A DNA stretch of 24,000 nucleotides from positions 1 to 24,000 of the forward strand of contig DATBLC010000195.1 in the NCBI GenBank assembly GCA_036555515.1. Reading direction: 5' to 3'. The notes below the pieces were generated by a model, which was given only the letters and a program-made list of their open reading frames with translations, had not been told where the DNA came from and did not search any database. Each line of letters opens with the position of its first letter. Position 1 is the stretch's first letter. Position numbers and translations under genes: made by a program. Origin of the DNA: Candidatus Binatia bacterium. GTDB taxonomy: Bacteria; Desulfobacterota; Binatia; UBA9968. Positions 7,959 through 15,594 of this stretch are shown here, piece after piece.

Positions 7959-8078
7959 AGAGGGATTTTTAATCCGGTCAAAGCGACTTTGGCGCAACCC
8001 CTGGCGTGTGTCCGCTTTGGTCTTGCTTGCAGTTTGCGAAGGTGGTTTTCTGAAACGAAGACGTTAAAAGGAGGGTCC

Positions 8079-9287
8079 ATGGAGGGTCAGTCGCGAACGG
8101 ATGTCGACGGTGGCGCGAAAACCAACCGAAACAATATTGACCATGAACAGGCGGTTCTCGAGCGCTATGGCAACGCCGCCCAGCAGGTTGAGGCTTGTTT
8201 GTGTTTGCCCGTGAGCTACGACAAAGCGCTGCTGAAAGTCATCCCCGATGAAATAATTCAGAAAGATTACGGCTGCGGCGATCCGTCGTGCCATATCCGT
8301 GAGGGCGAGATAGTTCTCGACCTAGGTTCGGGCAGCGGCAAGGCCTGTTACATCATTTCCCAGATCGTCGGCGCCAAAGGCAAGGTGATCGGCGTCGACT
8401 TTAATCCGCCGATGCTGGAACTGGCGCGCAAATACCAGAAATCCATTGGCATGGCTCTCGGCTTTCACAACATCGATTTTCGCCGCGGCAAGATTCAAGA
8501 CCTCAGAACCGACCTGGAACTGGTCGATCAATATCTAAGCGAGAATCCCGTGCGCTCGGTGGCCGATCTAGCGCAGTTGGAAGAGTATCGAAACAGGATT
8601 TGCCAGGAGCGACCACTGATTGCCGACGAATCGGTCGACGTGATCGTTTCCAATTGTGTGCTCAATCTCGTGCGTCCCGAGAACAGGAAACAACTTTTCT
8701 TCGAAATGTACCGTGTGCTCAAACGGGGCGGGCGCGTGGCGATCTCGGATATCGTCAGTGACGAGCCGGTGCCGGAACATCTCGCAGAAAACTCCGATCT
8801 TTGGAGCGCCTGCGTGTCCGGCGCTTTTCAAGAAGAGGAGTTGCTGCGCGCTTTTGAGGAGGCGAAGTTTCACGGGATTCAGCTCGAAGATTTTCAGACG
8901 GTGCCCTATCAAACCGTCGATGGCATCGAGTTTCGCGCCGTCACGGTGACGGCTTACAAGGGTAAGGAAGGCCCCTGTATAGAGCGCAATCAGGCGGTGA
9001 TTTACCGCGGGCCGTGGAAGCAAGTGGTGGATGACGATGGTCACACGCTCGAGCGCGGTGCGCGTACGGCGGTCTGCGATAAGACTTTCAAGCTCTATTC
9101 ACATGCGCCTTATGCGGGCCAATTTATTGCCGTTCCGCCGCGCGAAGAGGTCGCGCTGGAAAAAGCCGGCGTCTTCGACTGCTCGCGCGATCATAAGCGG
9201 CATCCGCGCGAGACTAAAGGTATGGAATACAACGTTACCAGGATTGCGGCTGGTGTGTGCGGGCCGAATTCCAATTGTTGTCCGTAG
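8079..9287 (+). CDS. arsM: ArsM-like arsenite S-adenosylmethionine methyltransferase (402 aa, long form with Cys-rich C-terminal domain)
   Basis: RBS AAAGGAGGG (8067-8075) before ATG 8079. SAM-binding motif VLDLGSGSGK. ArsM/AS3MT hallmark cysteine contexts YGCGDP (C66), SNCVLNL (C193) and WSACVSGA (C245). Ends in GVCGPNSNCCP. Confidence 0.8.
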   Translation: MEGQSRTDVDGGAKTNRNNIDHEQAVLERYGNAAQQVEACLCLPVSYDKALLKVIPDEIIQKDYGCGDPSCHIREGEIVLDLGSGSGKACYIISQIVGAKGKVIGVDFNPPMLELARKYQKSIGMALGFHNIDFRRGKIQDLRTDLELVDQYLSENPVRSVADLAQLEEYRNRICQERPLIADESVDVIVSNCVLNLVRPENRKQLFFEMYRVLKRGGRVAISDIVSDEPVPEHLAENSDLWSACVSGAFQEEELLRAFEEAKFHGIQLEDFQTVPYQTVDGIEFRAVTVTAYKGKEGPCIERNQAVIYRGPWKQVVDDDGHTLERGARTAVCDKTFKLYSHAPYAGQFIAVPPREEVALEKAGVFDCSRDHKRHPRETKGMEYNVTRIAAGVCGPNSNCCP

Positions 9288-9566
9288 AAGCGATTATTAA
9301 GGAGTCCACAATTGAGTAACCAAACAGCGACCGAGGGGTGAGACCTGGAAAGCGCGGGCACAGGAGCGCAAAGGTTGTTTTCAGGCCCTGCCGGCGGGCA
9401 TTTTCCACCTATGGAGAGGACGGGGTGGTGGCCGGCCAAGGCAAAGAACCATTGACCGCGATCGGAAGGGCTCGCCTCTCGGTCGCACACTAGCGACATA
9501 GTCTCTAAATAACGACTCATTAGTAACAAGACGATCATGGACACCAAGCACGGTAAATATGACCTT

Positions 9567-9587
9567 CCTCTCCCTTGATGGGTGAGG
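9567..9587 (+). repeat. GC-rich imperfect hairpin (REP-like) about 20 nt upstream of the arsS start
   Basis: CCTCTCCC (9567-9574) / GGGTGAGG (9580-9587): an 8-position stem with one T-T mismatch and loop TTGAT. Followed by the purine-rich GAGGTGAGGG, which probably serves as the arsS RBS. Confidence 0.35.
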
Positions 9588-9609
9588 ATCGAGGTGAGGG
9601 TGATCTTCG

Positions 9610-10572
9610 ATGCAACCCTTCGCACAGAGACTTCATCTAAACGGCAACGGCCTTTGGCGCCGCGCCATTGACGTGCTGCAGGTCAATCTGGGCCGGTATT
9701 GCAACCTGGCGTGCATTCACTGCCATGTCGAATCCGGCCCGACGCGCAAAGAAATGATGAGCCGGGAGAACATCAAAGCGGTGCTGCGCTTTCTGGCGCG
9801 CACGGAAATTCCAACTCTCGATATCACCGGTGGGGCGCCGGAGTTGCATCCCGACTTCGACTACCTGGTTGAGTCGGCGCGGGAGTTTGGCCGCCATGTG
9901 ATGGACCGCTGTAATTTGACGGTGATCTTCGAGCCGGGAAAAGATTATCTGCCTGAGTTTTTTAAGCGCCAAAAGGTCGAACTGGTGTGTTCGTTGCCCT
10001 GCTATTCCGAAGAAAACGTCGATAGACAGCGGGGCAAAGGAACCTTTGATTTGAGCATCCGCGCGCTGCATATTTTCAATCAAATCGGCTACGGCCAGCC
10101 CGACTCGGATCTAGTGTTGAATCTGGTTTACAATCCCGTCGGGCCACATCTGCCGCCGCCGCAAGAAAAGCTCGAACAGGAGTACAAACGGATTCTCAGC
10201 GAGCAATTCGGCATCGTCTTTAATCGCCTCTACTGTTTGAGCAACATGCCGATCACGCGCTATGAAACCCATCTCAGGCTGCGCGGCGAATATGATCGGT
10301 ACATGGAACTACTCGCCGACAACTTTAATGCCGCCACCTTGGGTCAAGTAATGTGCCGCAATCTGATCAGCGTCGGTTGGGACGGTTTGATCTACGACTG
10401 CGACTTCAATCAGATGCTCGGGTTTTCCCTCCAGGATGCCCGCGGTGAGGCGCTTAATATCGCATCGCTGAACTCTTTGGATCAGCTTCTTGCCCGGTCC
10501 GTTACCGTCGGCGATCACTGCTACGCCTGCACGGCTGGTTCCGGCAGCAGTTGCGGCGGCGCGCTGGTCTAG
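9610..10572 (+). CDS. arsS: ArsS-type radical SAM / Cys-rich (DUF3641) protein, Cys form (TIGR04167-like)
   Basis: 320 aa. Radical-SAM cluster motif CNLACIHC (CX3CX2C) in LQVNLGRYCNLACIHCHVESGP. C-terminal Cys-rich domain ...GLIYDCDFNQMLG...GDHCYACTAGSGSSCGGALV. Confidence 0.85.
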   Translation: MQPFAQRLHLNGNGLWRRAIDVLQVNLGRYCNLACIHCHVESGPTRKEMMSRENIKAVLRFLARTEIPTLDITGGAPELHPDFDYLVESAREFGRHVMDRCNLTVIFEPGKDYLPEFFKRQKVELVCSLPCYSEENVDRQRGKGTFDLSIRALHIFNQIGYGQPDSDLVLNLVYNPVGPHLPPPQEKLEQEYKRILSEQFGIVFNRLYCLSNMPITRYETHLRLRGEYDRYMELLADNFNAATLGQVMCRNLISVGWDGLIYDCDFNQMLGFSLQDARGEALNIASLNSLDQLLARSVTVGDHCYACTAGSGSSCGGALV

Positions 10573-10588
10573 AATTACGAACCACCCC

Positions 10589-11719
10589 ATGAGTTTCTGG
10601 CCTGTCATTATTGCCGGTGCGACGCTTTTTGTCGCTTACGCCAACGGCGCTAATGATAACTTCAAAGGCGTCGCAACATTGTTCGGCAGCGGCACGACGG
10701 ATTACCGTAAAGCGCTCTGGTGGGCGACGGCGACGACCCTCGCCGGCTCGGTTGCGGCATTTTTCTGGGCGACCCAACTGGTCTCGATGTTTCAAGGCAA
10801 CGGCCTTCTGCCGGCGTTTCTGATTCAATCGCAACCGTTTATTGCCGCGGTGATCCTGGGTGCGGCGTTGACTGTGATCTCAGCAACCAAGATCGGCATC
10901 CCCATTTCGACCACTCATAGCTTGACGGGTGCGCTGTGCGGCGGCGGATTGGTTGCTGTGGGTTTTGAGATCGGTTTTCAAACGCTGATCGACTTTTTTT
11001 TTCTACCACTTCTAGTAAGTCCGCTCGTCGCGGTAAGCTTGGCGGCTGTGGGTTACCCATTATTAGATCGCGCGCTACGCTTTTCCAGTCTGACTAAAGA
11101 AAATTGCCTGTGCGTCGCGAGCGAAGCTGTTCTGACGGCAGCAACTCCCGGCGGAATTACAATCAGGGAGTCGACTCCGGGCCTGCGCGTGATCGTGGAG
11201 CGGCAGTCGGTCTGCGCGCAGCCGTTTTCCGGCGCTTTGTTCGGTATCAACGCTCAAAACCTGTTCGACATCGGCCACTTTCTCAGCGCGGGCGCCGTGA
11301 GCTTTGCCCGCGGACTTAACGACGCGCCGAAAATCGTCGCTATGGGTTTGGCCGTCGGCGCGCTGGATCTGCAGTGGTCCATCGGCTCTGTCGCAGTCGT
11401 AATGGCTCTTGGTGGATTGCTCAATGCGAGGAAAGTGGCGGAGACAGTGAGCAAGCGCATTACACCCATGGAGCCCGATCACGGATTCGTGGCAAATATC
11501 GTGACGAGCTTCCTGGTTATTTTTGCTTCGAGGTGGGGACTGCCCGTATCAACCACCCATGTATCTTGCGGGTCGCTTTTCGGCATCGGAATAGCGAATG
11601 GCCAGGCGAACTGGGGTGTCATCCGCACGATTCTGTTTGCCTGGATTTTGACCCTGCCCTTGGCTGCGGCCAGCGCGGGCCTGATTTACTCGATATTAAA
11701 CCGGGTTACCGCCGGTTAA
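10589..11719 (+). CDS. PiT (PHO4) family inorganic anion transporter, divergent signature
   Basis: ATG 10589 lies 16 nt after the arsS stop. 376 aa and polytopic. Two pseudo-symmetric halves with YANGANDNFKGVATLFGSG / PISTTHSLTGALCG and FARGLNDAPKIVAMG / PVSTTHVSCGSLFG. The tracked ORF start 10490 overlaps arsS and is rejected. Confidence 0.8.
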   Translation: MSFWPVIIAGATLFVAYANGANDNFKGVATLFGSGTTDYRKALWWATATTLAGSVAAFFWATQLVSMFQGNGLLPAFLIQSQPFIAAVILGAALTVISATKIGIPISTTHSLTGALCGGGLVAVGFEIGFQTLIDFFFLPLLVSPLVAVSLAAVGYPLLDRALRFSSLTKENCLCVASEAVLTAATPGGITIRESTPGLRVIVERQSVCAQPFSGALFGINAQNLFDIGHFLSAGAVSFARGLNDAPKIVAMGLAVGALDLQWSIGSVAVVMALGGLLNARKVAETVSKRITPMEPDHGFVANIVTSFLVIFASRWGLPVSTTHVSCGSLFGIGIANGQANWGVIRTILFAWILTLPLAAASAGLIYSILNRVTAG

Positions 11720-11729
11720 CCAAAGCACG

Positions 11730-13979
11730 ATGAAAACCGGCAAGATCTTGGTCCTTGCGGCATTGGCCATTGCGCTTGCGCTAGGGTTTCTCTTTTTGCC
11801 AATTCGCGAATGGTTCATGCGGTTTGAAAGCTATGTGCGGTCTTTGGGAGCCATCGGTCCGGTGGTCGTTGTACTGGCATACATTCTTTGTACCGTGCTG
11901 TTTATTCCTGGCAGCGCGATTACAATCGGCTCGGGAACGTTATTCGGATTGACGACCGGATTTATTGTCGTGGTACTAGGCGCCAACCTCGGCGCGCTCT
12001 GTGCTTTTGGTCTCGCGCGCAGCTTTCTCCGTGACAAGGTCGCGACCTGGGCAGCGGCCAATCCGAAGTTCCGCTCGCTCGATCAGGCGATCGGCCGTGA
12101 GGGCTTCAAGATGGTTCTGTTGACGCGGTTAAGCCCGGTCTTTCCGTTCGTGTTGCTGAATTATCTACTAGGTCTCACCGCGGTGCGCGTGGGCTCTTAT
12201 GTCTCGGCCAATTTGTTGGGCATGTTGCCGGCAACATTTTTGTTCGTCTACATCGGCGCGGCGGCGCGCGACGCCATTGCCGGCCAAACGGACGTCTCGG
12301 CGGGATTTTATCAACAAATCTTGAAATTCGTCGGGCTGGCGGCGACCGTCGCCGTCGTTGTGGTGGTGACGCGCATCGCGCGCAAAGCCTTGCGGGAGGC
12401 GGAGATTGAGCGCGAAGGGAGCACCGTGAAGCCGCGCCTCGATCCGAATCATAAGCCGGCGTCGTTTGACGAAATGATGCTCGTGGAGGACGACTACGAC
12501 AGGCAGTTGATCGAAAACTGCCACCCGCCGCATTGGGTCAATCCGACGCCGAATGGCAAATATAATCTCGTCGTCGTGGGCGCCGGGACCGCGGGGTTGG
12601 TGAGCGCTGCGGGCGCCGCCGGCCTGGGCGCCAAGGTCGCCTTGATAGAGCGCAATCTCATGGGCGGCGACTGCCTGAACGTGGGTTGCGTGCCGTCGAA
12701 AGGGATCATCCGCGCTGCGCGCGCAGCCCATGACGCGCGCAACGGAGCGGAATTCGGCGTGCGCCTTGAATGCCGGCCTGACGTGGCCTTCGCCAGCGCC
12801 ATGAGGCGCATGCGCCAAATTCGCGCGGGAATCAGCATTCACGATTCCGCGCAACGCTTCGCAAATTTGGGTATTGATGTATTCATCGGCCAGGGCTGCT
12901 TTGTCGGTCCCACGGCTGTGGCGGTTAACGGCAAGCGGCTCGAGTTCGACCGCGCCGTGATTGCCACCGGCGCGCGCGCCGCAGAGCTTTCAGTCCCGGG
13001 GTTGACAGGGGCGGGTTATCTGACCAATGAAAATGTCTTCACGCTTACCGAGCTTCCCCGCCGCCTCGCCGTGATTGGCGCCGGTCCCATCGGTTGCGAG
13101 CTTGCGCAGTGCTTTGCCCGTTTCGGGAGCGAAGTCTTTCTCATCGAGGCGCTGCACGGCGTCCTGCCCAACGAAGACCCCGACGCATCTGAAATCGTCC
13201 GCCGATCGTTGATGGACGGCGACGGCGTCAAACTCATGTGCTGCGGCAAGGACTTGAAGATCGGCAACGCAGACGGCGGCAAGCGATTGACCGTGGACTC
13301 GCATGACAATCACTACGACATCGTTGTCGATGAAATTCTCGTCGGCGGCGGGCGCCGGCCGAACCTGGAAGGTTTGGGATTGGACGAAGCCGGCGTTCAA
13401 TACAGCGCCCAGGGCGTGACCGTAGATGACCGTTTGCGCACGACGAACCCGCGAATTTTCGCCGCCGGCGATATCTGCTCGCGCTATAAATTTACCCATG
13501 CCGCCGATGCCATGGCGCGCATTGTAATCGCCAACGCGTTGTTCTTCGCTCGCCGCAAGGTGACCGATTTGGTCATCCCCTGGTGCACCTACACCGACCC
13601 GGAAGTCGCTCACGTGGGTTACTACGAAAAAGACGCCAAAGCAGCGGGTTTCGACGTGGCGACGATTACCGAGCACTTCGGCCACGTTGACCGCGCCGTC
13701 TTGGACGGCGAAGATGAGGGATATGCCCGAGTTCACTATGATAAGAAAACCGGCAAAATCCTGGGCGGTACCATCGTCGCGCGCCACGCGGGTGAGATGC
13801 TCGGTGAATTGACCTTGGCAATGGTGGCGAAACAGAGCGTTGGCGTTTTGTCGTCGACCATCCATTCTTACCCGACGCAGGCGGAGGTGATGCGTAAAAT
13901 CGGCGATACCTACATGCGCACCAAGCTCACGCCGGCGGTAAAAAAGCTTTTTGAAAAGTGGTTAGCGTGGCGGCGGTGA
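11730..13979 (+). CDS. fusion protein: N-terminal TVP38/TMEM64 (DedA superfamily) membrane domain plus C-terminal class-I FAD pyridine-nucleotide-disulfide oxidoreductase
   Basis: 749 aa. N-terminal third is hydrophobic with LFIPGSAITIGSGTLFGLTTG...GANLGALCAFGLARSFLRDKV. C-terminal part has YNLVVVGAGTAGL (FAD), GGDCLNVGCVPSK (redox CxxxxC), LAVIGAGPIGCELAQ (NAD(P)H) and HSYPTQAE (His-Glu dyad). Confidence 0.85.
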   Translation: MKTGKILVLAALAIALALGFLFLPIREWFMRFESYVRSLGAIGPVVVVLAYILCTVLFIPGSAITIGSGTLFGLTTGFIVVVLGANLGALCAFGLARSFLRDKVATWAAANPKFRSLDQAIGREGFKMVLLTRLSPVFPFVLLNYLLGLTAVRVGSYVSANLLGMLPATFLFVYIGAAARDAIAGQTDVSAGFYQQILKFVGLAATVAVVVVVTRIARKALREAEIEREGSTVKPRLDPNHKPASFDEMMLVEDDYDRQLIENCHPPHWVNPTPNGKYNLVVVGAGTAGLVSAAGAAGLGAKVALIERNLMGGDCLNVGCVPSKGIIRAARAAHDARNGAEFGVRLECRPDVAFASAMRRMRQIRAGISIHDSAQRFANLGIDVFIGQGCFVGPTAVAVNGKRLEFDRAVIATGARAAELSVPGLTGAGYLTNENVFTLTELPRRLAVIGAGPIGCELAQCFARFGSEVFLIEALHGVLPNEDPDASEIVRRSLMDGDGVKLMCCGKDLKIGNADGGKRLTVDSHDNHYDIVVDEILVGGGRRPNLEGLGLDEAGVQYSAQGVTVDDRLRTTNPRIFAAGDICSRYKFTHAADAMARIVIANALFFARRKVTDLVIPWCTYTDPEVAHVGYYEKDAKAAGFDVATITEHFGHVDRAVLDGEDEGYARVHYDKKTGKILGGTIVARHAGEMLGELTLAMVAKQSVGVLSSTIHSYPTQAEVMRKIGDTYMRTKLTPAVKKLFEKWLAWRR

Positions 13980-14002
13980 CCAAGTATCGTACGGAAGACA
14001 CT

Positions 14003-14030
14003 CCATTCGAACCTTCGGATGGCGAGTTTT
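14003..14030 (+). terminator. candidate intrinsic terminator or attenuator hairpin inside the cluster
   Basis: CCATTCGAA (14003-14011) / TTCGGATGG (14014-14022) gives 9 complementary positions including one G-U. The innermost pairs must open to form a loop. CGAG then TTTT (14027-14030) follows. Confidence 0.35.
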
Positions 14031-14040
14031 GAGTTAAGAG

Positions 14041-14907
14041 TTGAACTCGAAACCTGAAACCCGAAACCTGGAACTCCTGTGGCGTAACGCATTGAGCGTG
14101 GTTGCCGCACTTCTTTTGGCGGCCACCCCGTTATTCGCCGCCCCCAAGGCTGACCTCTGGCCGCGTTGGCAAAAGCACGACGCGTCGAGCAAGCAATCAA
14201 TCGATCACGGAGCTTGGGAGGCATTTCTCCGAAAGTATCTCGTCGCGCCTCATCCATCGGGGATCACCCGCGTCCGTTACGCGGCGGTCAGCCCGGAAGA
14301 TGGCGTTCGGTTGAAGAATTATCTCAAAACGCTGCAAGGGGCGCCGATATCCAACTACAATCGGGACGAACAGAAGGCTTACTGGATAAATCTCTACAAC
14401 GCGCTCACGGTGGACGTGATTCTTTTGCGCTTTCCGGTGGATTCGATTCGCGACATCAATATCTCGCCAGGTTTTTTCACCCGTGGGCCCTGGGGTGTGA
14501 AGCTTTTGACGATCGAAGGCGAGAAACTCTCGCTGGACGACATCGAGCACCGCATTCTGCGCCCGATTTGGCAAGACAACCGCGTTCACTACGCCGTCAA
14601 CTGCGCCAGCCTGGGCTGTCCGAACCTGCAATCGGTTCCTTACACCGACGAGAACACCGAATCACTGCTGGAAAAAGGCGCGCGGGAGTTCATTAATCAC
14701 CCGCGCGGCGTCGCCGTCACGAATGGCAAGCTCAAGGTGTCGAGCATCTATGTTTGGTTCCAAGAAGACTTCGGCGCCGGCACCGCCGGGCTCATCGAAC
14801 ATTGGCGAAAGTACGCGACTGCTACCCTCGCCGACAAGTTGAGGAATTATCGGGGCGGCCTCGATCATGAATACGATTGGCGGCTGAACGGCGCGGAGTC
14901 GAAATAA
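14041..14907 (+). CDS. secreted DUF547 domain protein
   Basis: 288 aa. Signal-peptide-like N-terminus (RNALSVVAALLLAATPLFAAPKA). DUF547 blocks YWINLYNALTVDVIL, LSLDDIEHRILRP and RVHYAVNCASLGCPNL. The start is uncertain (TTG 14041 versus CTG 14080 or GTG 14098), with no clear RBS for any of them. Confidence 0.75.
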   Translation: MNSKPETRNLELLWRNALSVVAALLLAATPLFAAPKADLWPRWQKHDASSKQSIDHGAWEAFLRKYLVAPHPSGITRVRYAAVSPEDGVRLKNYLKTLQGAPISNYNRDEQKAYWINLYNALTVDVILLRFPVDSIRDINISPGFFTRGPWGVKLLTIEGEKLSLDDIEHRILRPIWQDNRVHYAVNCASLGCPNLQSVPYTDENTESLLEKGAREFINHPRGVAVTNGKLKVSSIYVWFQEDFGAGTAGLIEHWRKYATATLADKLRNYRGGLDHEYDWRLNGAESK

Positions 14908-14916
14908 GGATCGCTC

Positions 14917-15594
14917 ATGCGGGTCTCCGTGGTCGTACCTGTCCTTAACGAAGAAAGGACCATCGCGCGGACGCTGGCAGCGCTTTTGCCCATGAAGCCC
15001 GATGAATTGTTCGTCGTGGATGGTGGCAGCAGCGATGGCACGTGGGAGACTTGCCGGAGTCTCGGCGTCGAAATCCTAACCGCCCCGCGCGGCCGGGCGG
15101 CGCAGATGAATTACGGCGCAGGACAGGCCACCGGCGATGTGTTGCTGTTCCTGCACGCCGACACTCGGCTGCCGCCGACCGCTTTTAGCGACATGCGGGA
15201 CGCGCTCGGCGATCCGCGCTGCGTGGGGGGGCGATTCGACGTTCAGCTGGACAGCGATCATTGGATGCTGCGAGTGATCGGCGCGATGATCAGCCTGCGC
15301 TCGCGGTTGAGCAAGGTCGGCACCGGCGACCAGGGAATTTTCGTCCGCCGCGAAGTGTTTCAAAGGATGGGCGGCTTCCCGGAGATTCCGCTCATGGAAG
15401 ACATCGCCTTCTGCCGCGCGCTCAAGCGCCTGGGCGCAGTGGCCTGTTTGAAAAGCAAAGTTATCACTTCGGCCCGGCGCTGGGAGTTGAACGGCGTATG
15501 GCGTTCGATCTTTAGAATGTGGACGCTCAAGTCGCTTTATTTACTCGGTGTGTCGCCACACCGGCTCAAACGGTTCTACGACGATGCGCGCTAA
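14917..15594 (+). CDS. family-2 glycosyltransferase-like protein (TIGR04283-like, 'transferase 2, rSAM/selenodomain-associated')
   Basis: 225 aa. VSVVVPVLNEERTI, FVVDGGSSDGT, GRAAQMNYGA, LLFLHADTRLP, GDQGIFVRREVF..GGFPEIPLMEDIAF, ITSARRWE. ATG lies 9 nt after the DUF547 stop, preceded by AAGGA. Confidence 0.85.
   Translation: MRVSVVVPVLNEERTIARTLAALLPMKPDELFVVDGGSSDGTWETCRSLGVEILTAPRGRAAQMNYGAGQATGDVLLFLHADTRLPPTAFSDMRDALGDPRCVGGRFDVQLDSDHWMLRVIGAMISLRSRLSKVGTGDQGIFVRREVFQRMGGFPEIPLMEDIAFCRALKRLGAVACLKSKVITSARRWELNGVWRSIFRMWTLKSLYLLGVSPHRLKRFYDDAR

Noticed and set aside
8020-8035. Sigma-54 type promoter (TGGTCTTGCTTGCA) upstream of arsM
   Set aside because: The GG-to-GC spacing is two nucleotides shorter than the TGGCAC-N5-TTGC consensus geometry.
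7860-8078. N-terminal 73-codon extension of the ArsM ORF in the supplied track (MNFHLAFVQKSPLPPFQSLSKGG...)
   Set aside because: It is read through the palindromic repeat at 7887-7958 and starts at a TTG with no RBS. A strong RBS (AAAGGAGGG) precedes ATG 8079, and homologous methyltransferases begin near that point.
9339-9474. Known riboswitch class (cobalamin, SAM-I, SAH, c-di-GMP-I) in the arsM-arsS spacer
   Set aside because: Only fragmentary resemblances are present: ACCATTG...CGGAAGGGC versus the B12 box region, AGGAGCGC...CAGGC versus SAH, and GCACAGG/CGCAAAG versus GEMM-I. Spacing and the remaining conserved cores do not match any consensus I can recall. It is kept only as an unclassified structured candidate.
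9191-9625. 144-aa minus-strand ORF spanning the arsM-arsS spacer
   Set aside because: It overlaps the 3' end of arsM and the start of arsS, has no RBS and no family resemblance, and the region is better explained as structured non-coding sequence.
10500-10572. Possible selenocysteine recoding in ArsS (the family includes selenoproteins)
   Set aside because: The C-terminal motif is encoded with ordinary Cys codons (..GSGSSCGGALV, TGC) and the ORF has no in-frame TGA. This is the Cys form, and no SECIS-like hairpin is required.
10490-10588. Upstream extension of the PiT ORF overlapping the arsS 3' end
   Set aside because: It lies out of frame inside arsS. The first transmembrane segment and the family N-terminus start at MSFWPVIIAG (ATG 10589).
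12168-13865. Long antisense ORFs inside the TVP38-FAD gene (12168..12854, 12494..12838, 12990..13865). Comparable ones lie at 3386..4081, 6903..7535, 18076..18969, 20988..21596 and 21196..21702.
   Set aside because: These are shadow ORFs opposite well-supported genes. They are Arg/Ala/Gly/His-rich low-complexity translations with no recognisable motifs and are expected by chance in GC-rich coding DNA.
11730-13979. Annotation as mercuric reductase MerA
   Set aside because: It lacks an N-terminal HMA (GMTCxxC) domain and the C-terminal Cys-Cys pair needed for Hg(II) delivery, and no mer operon genes are nearby. It is better described as a generic class-I disulfide reductase fused to a TVP38 domain.
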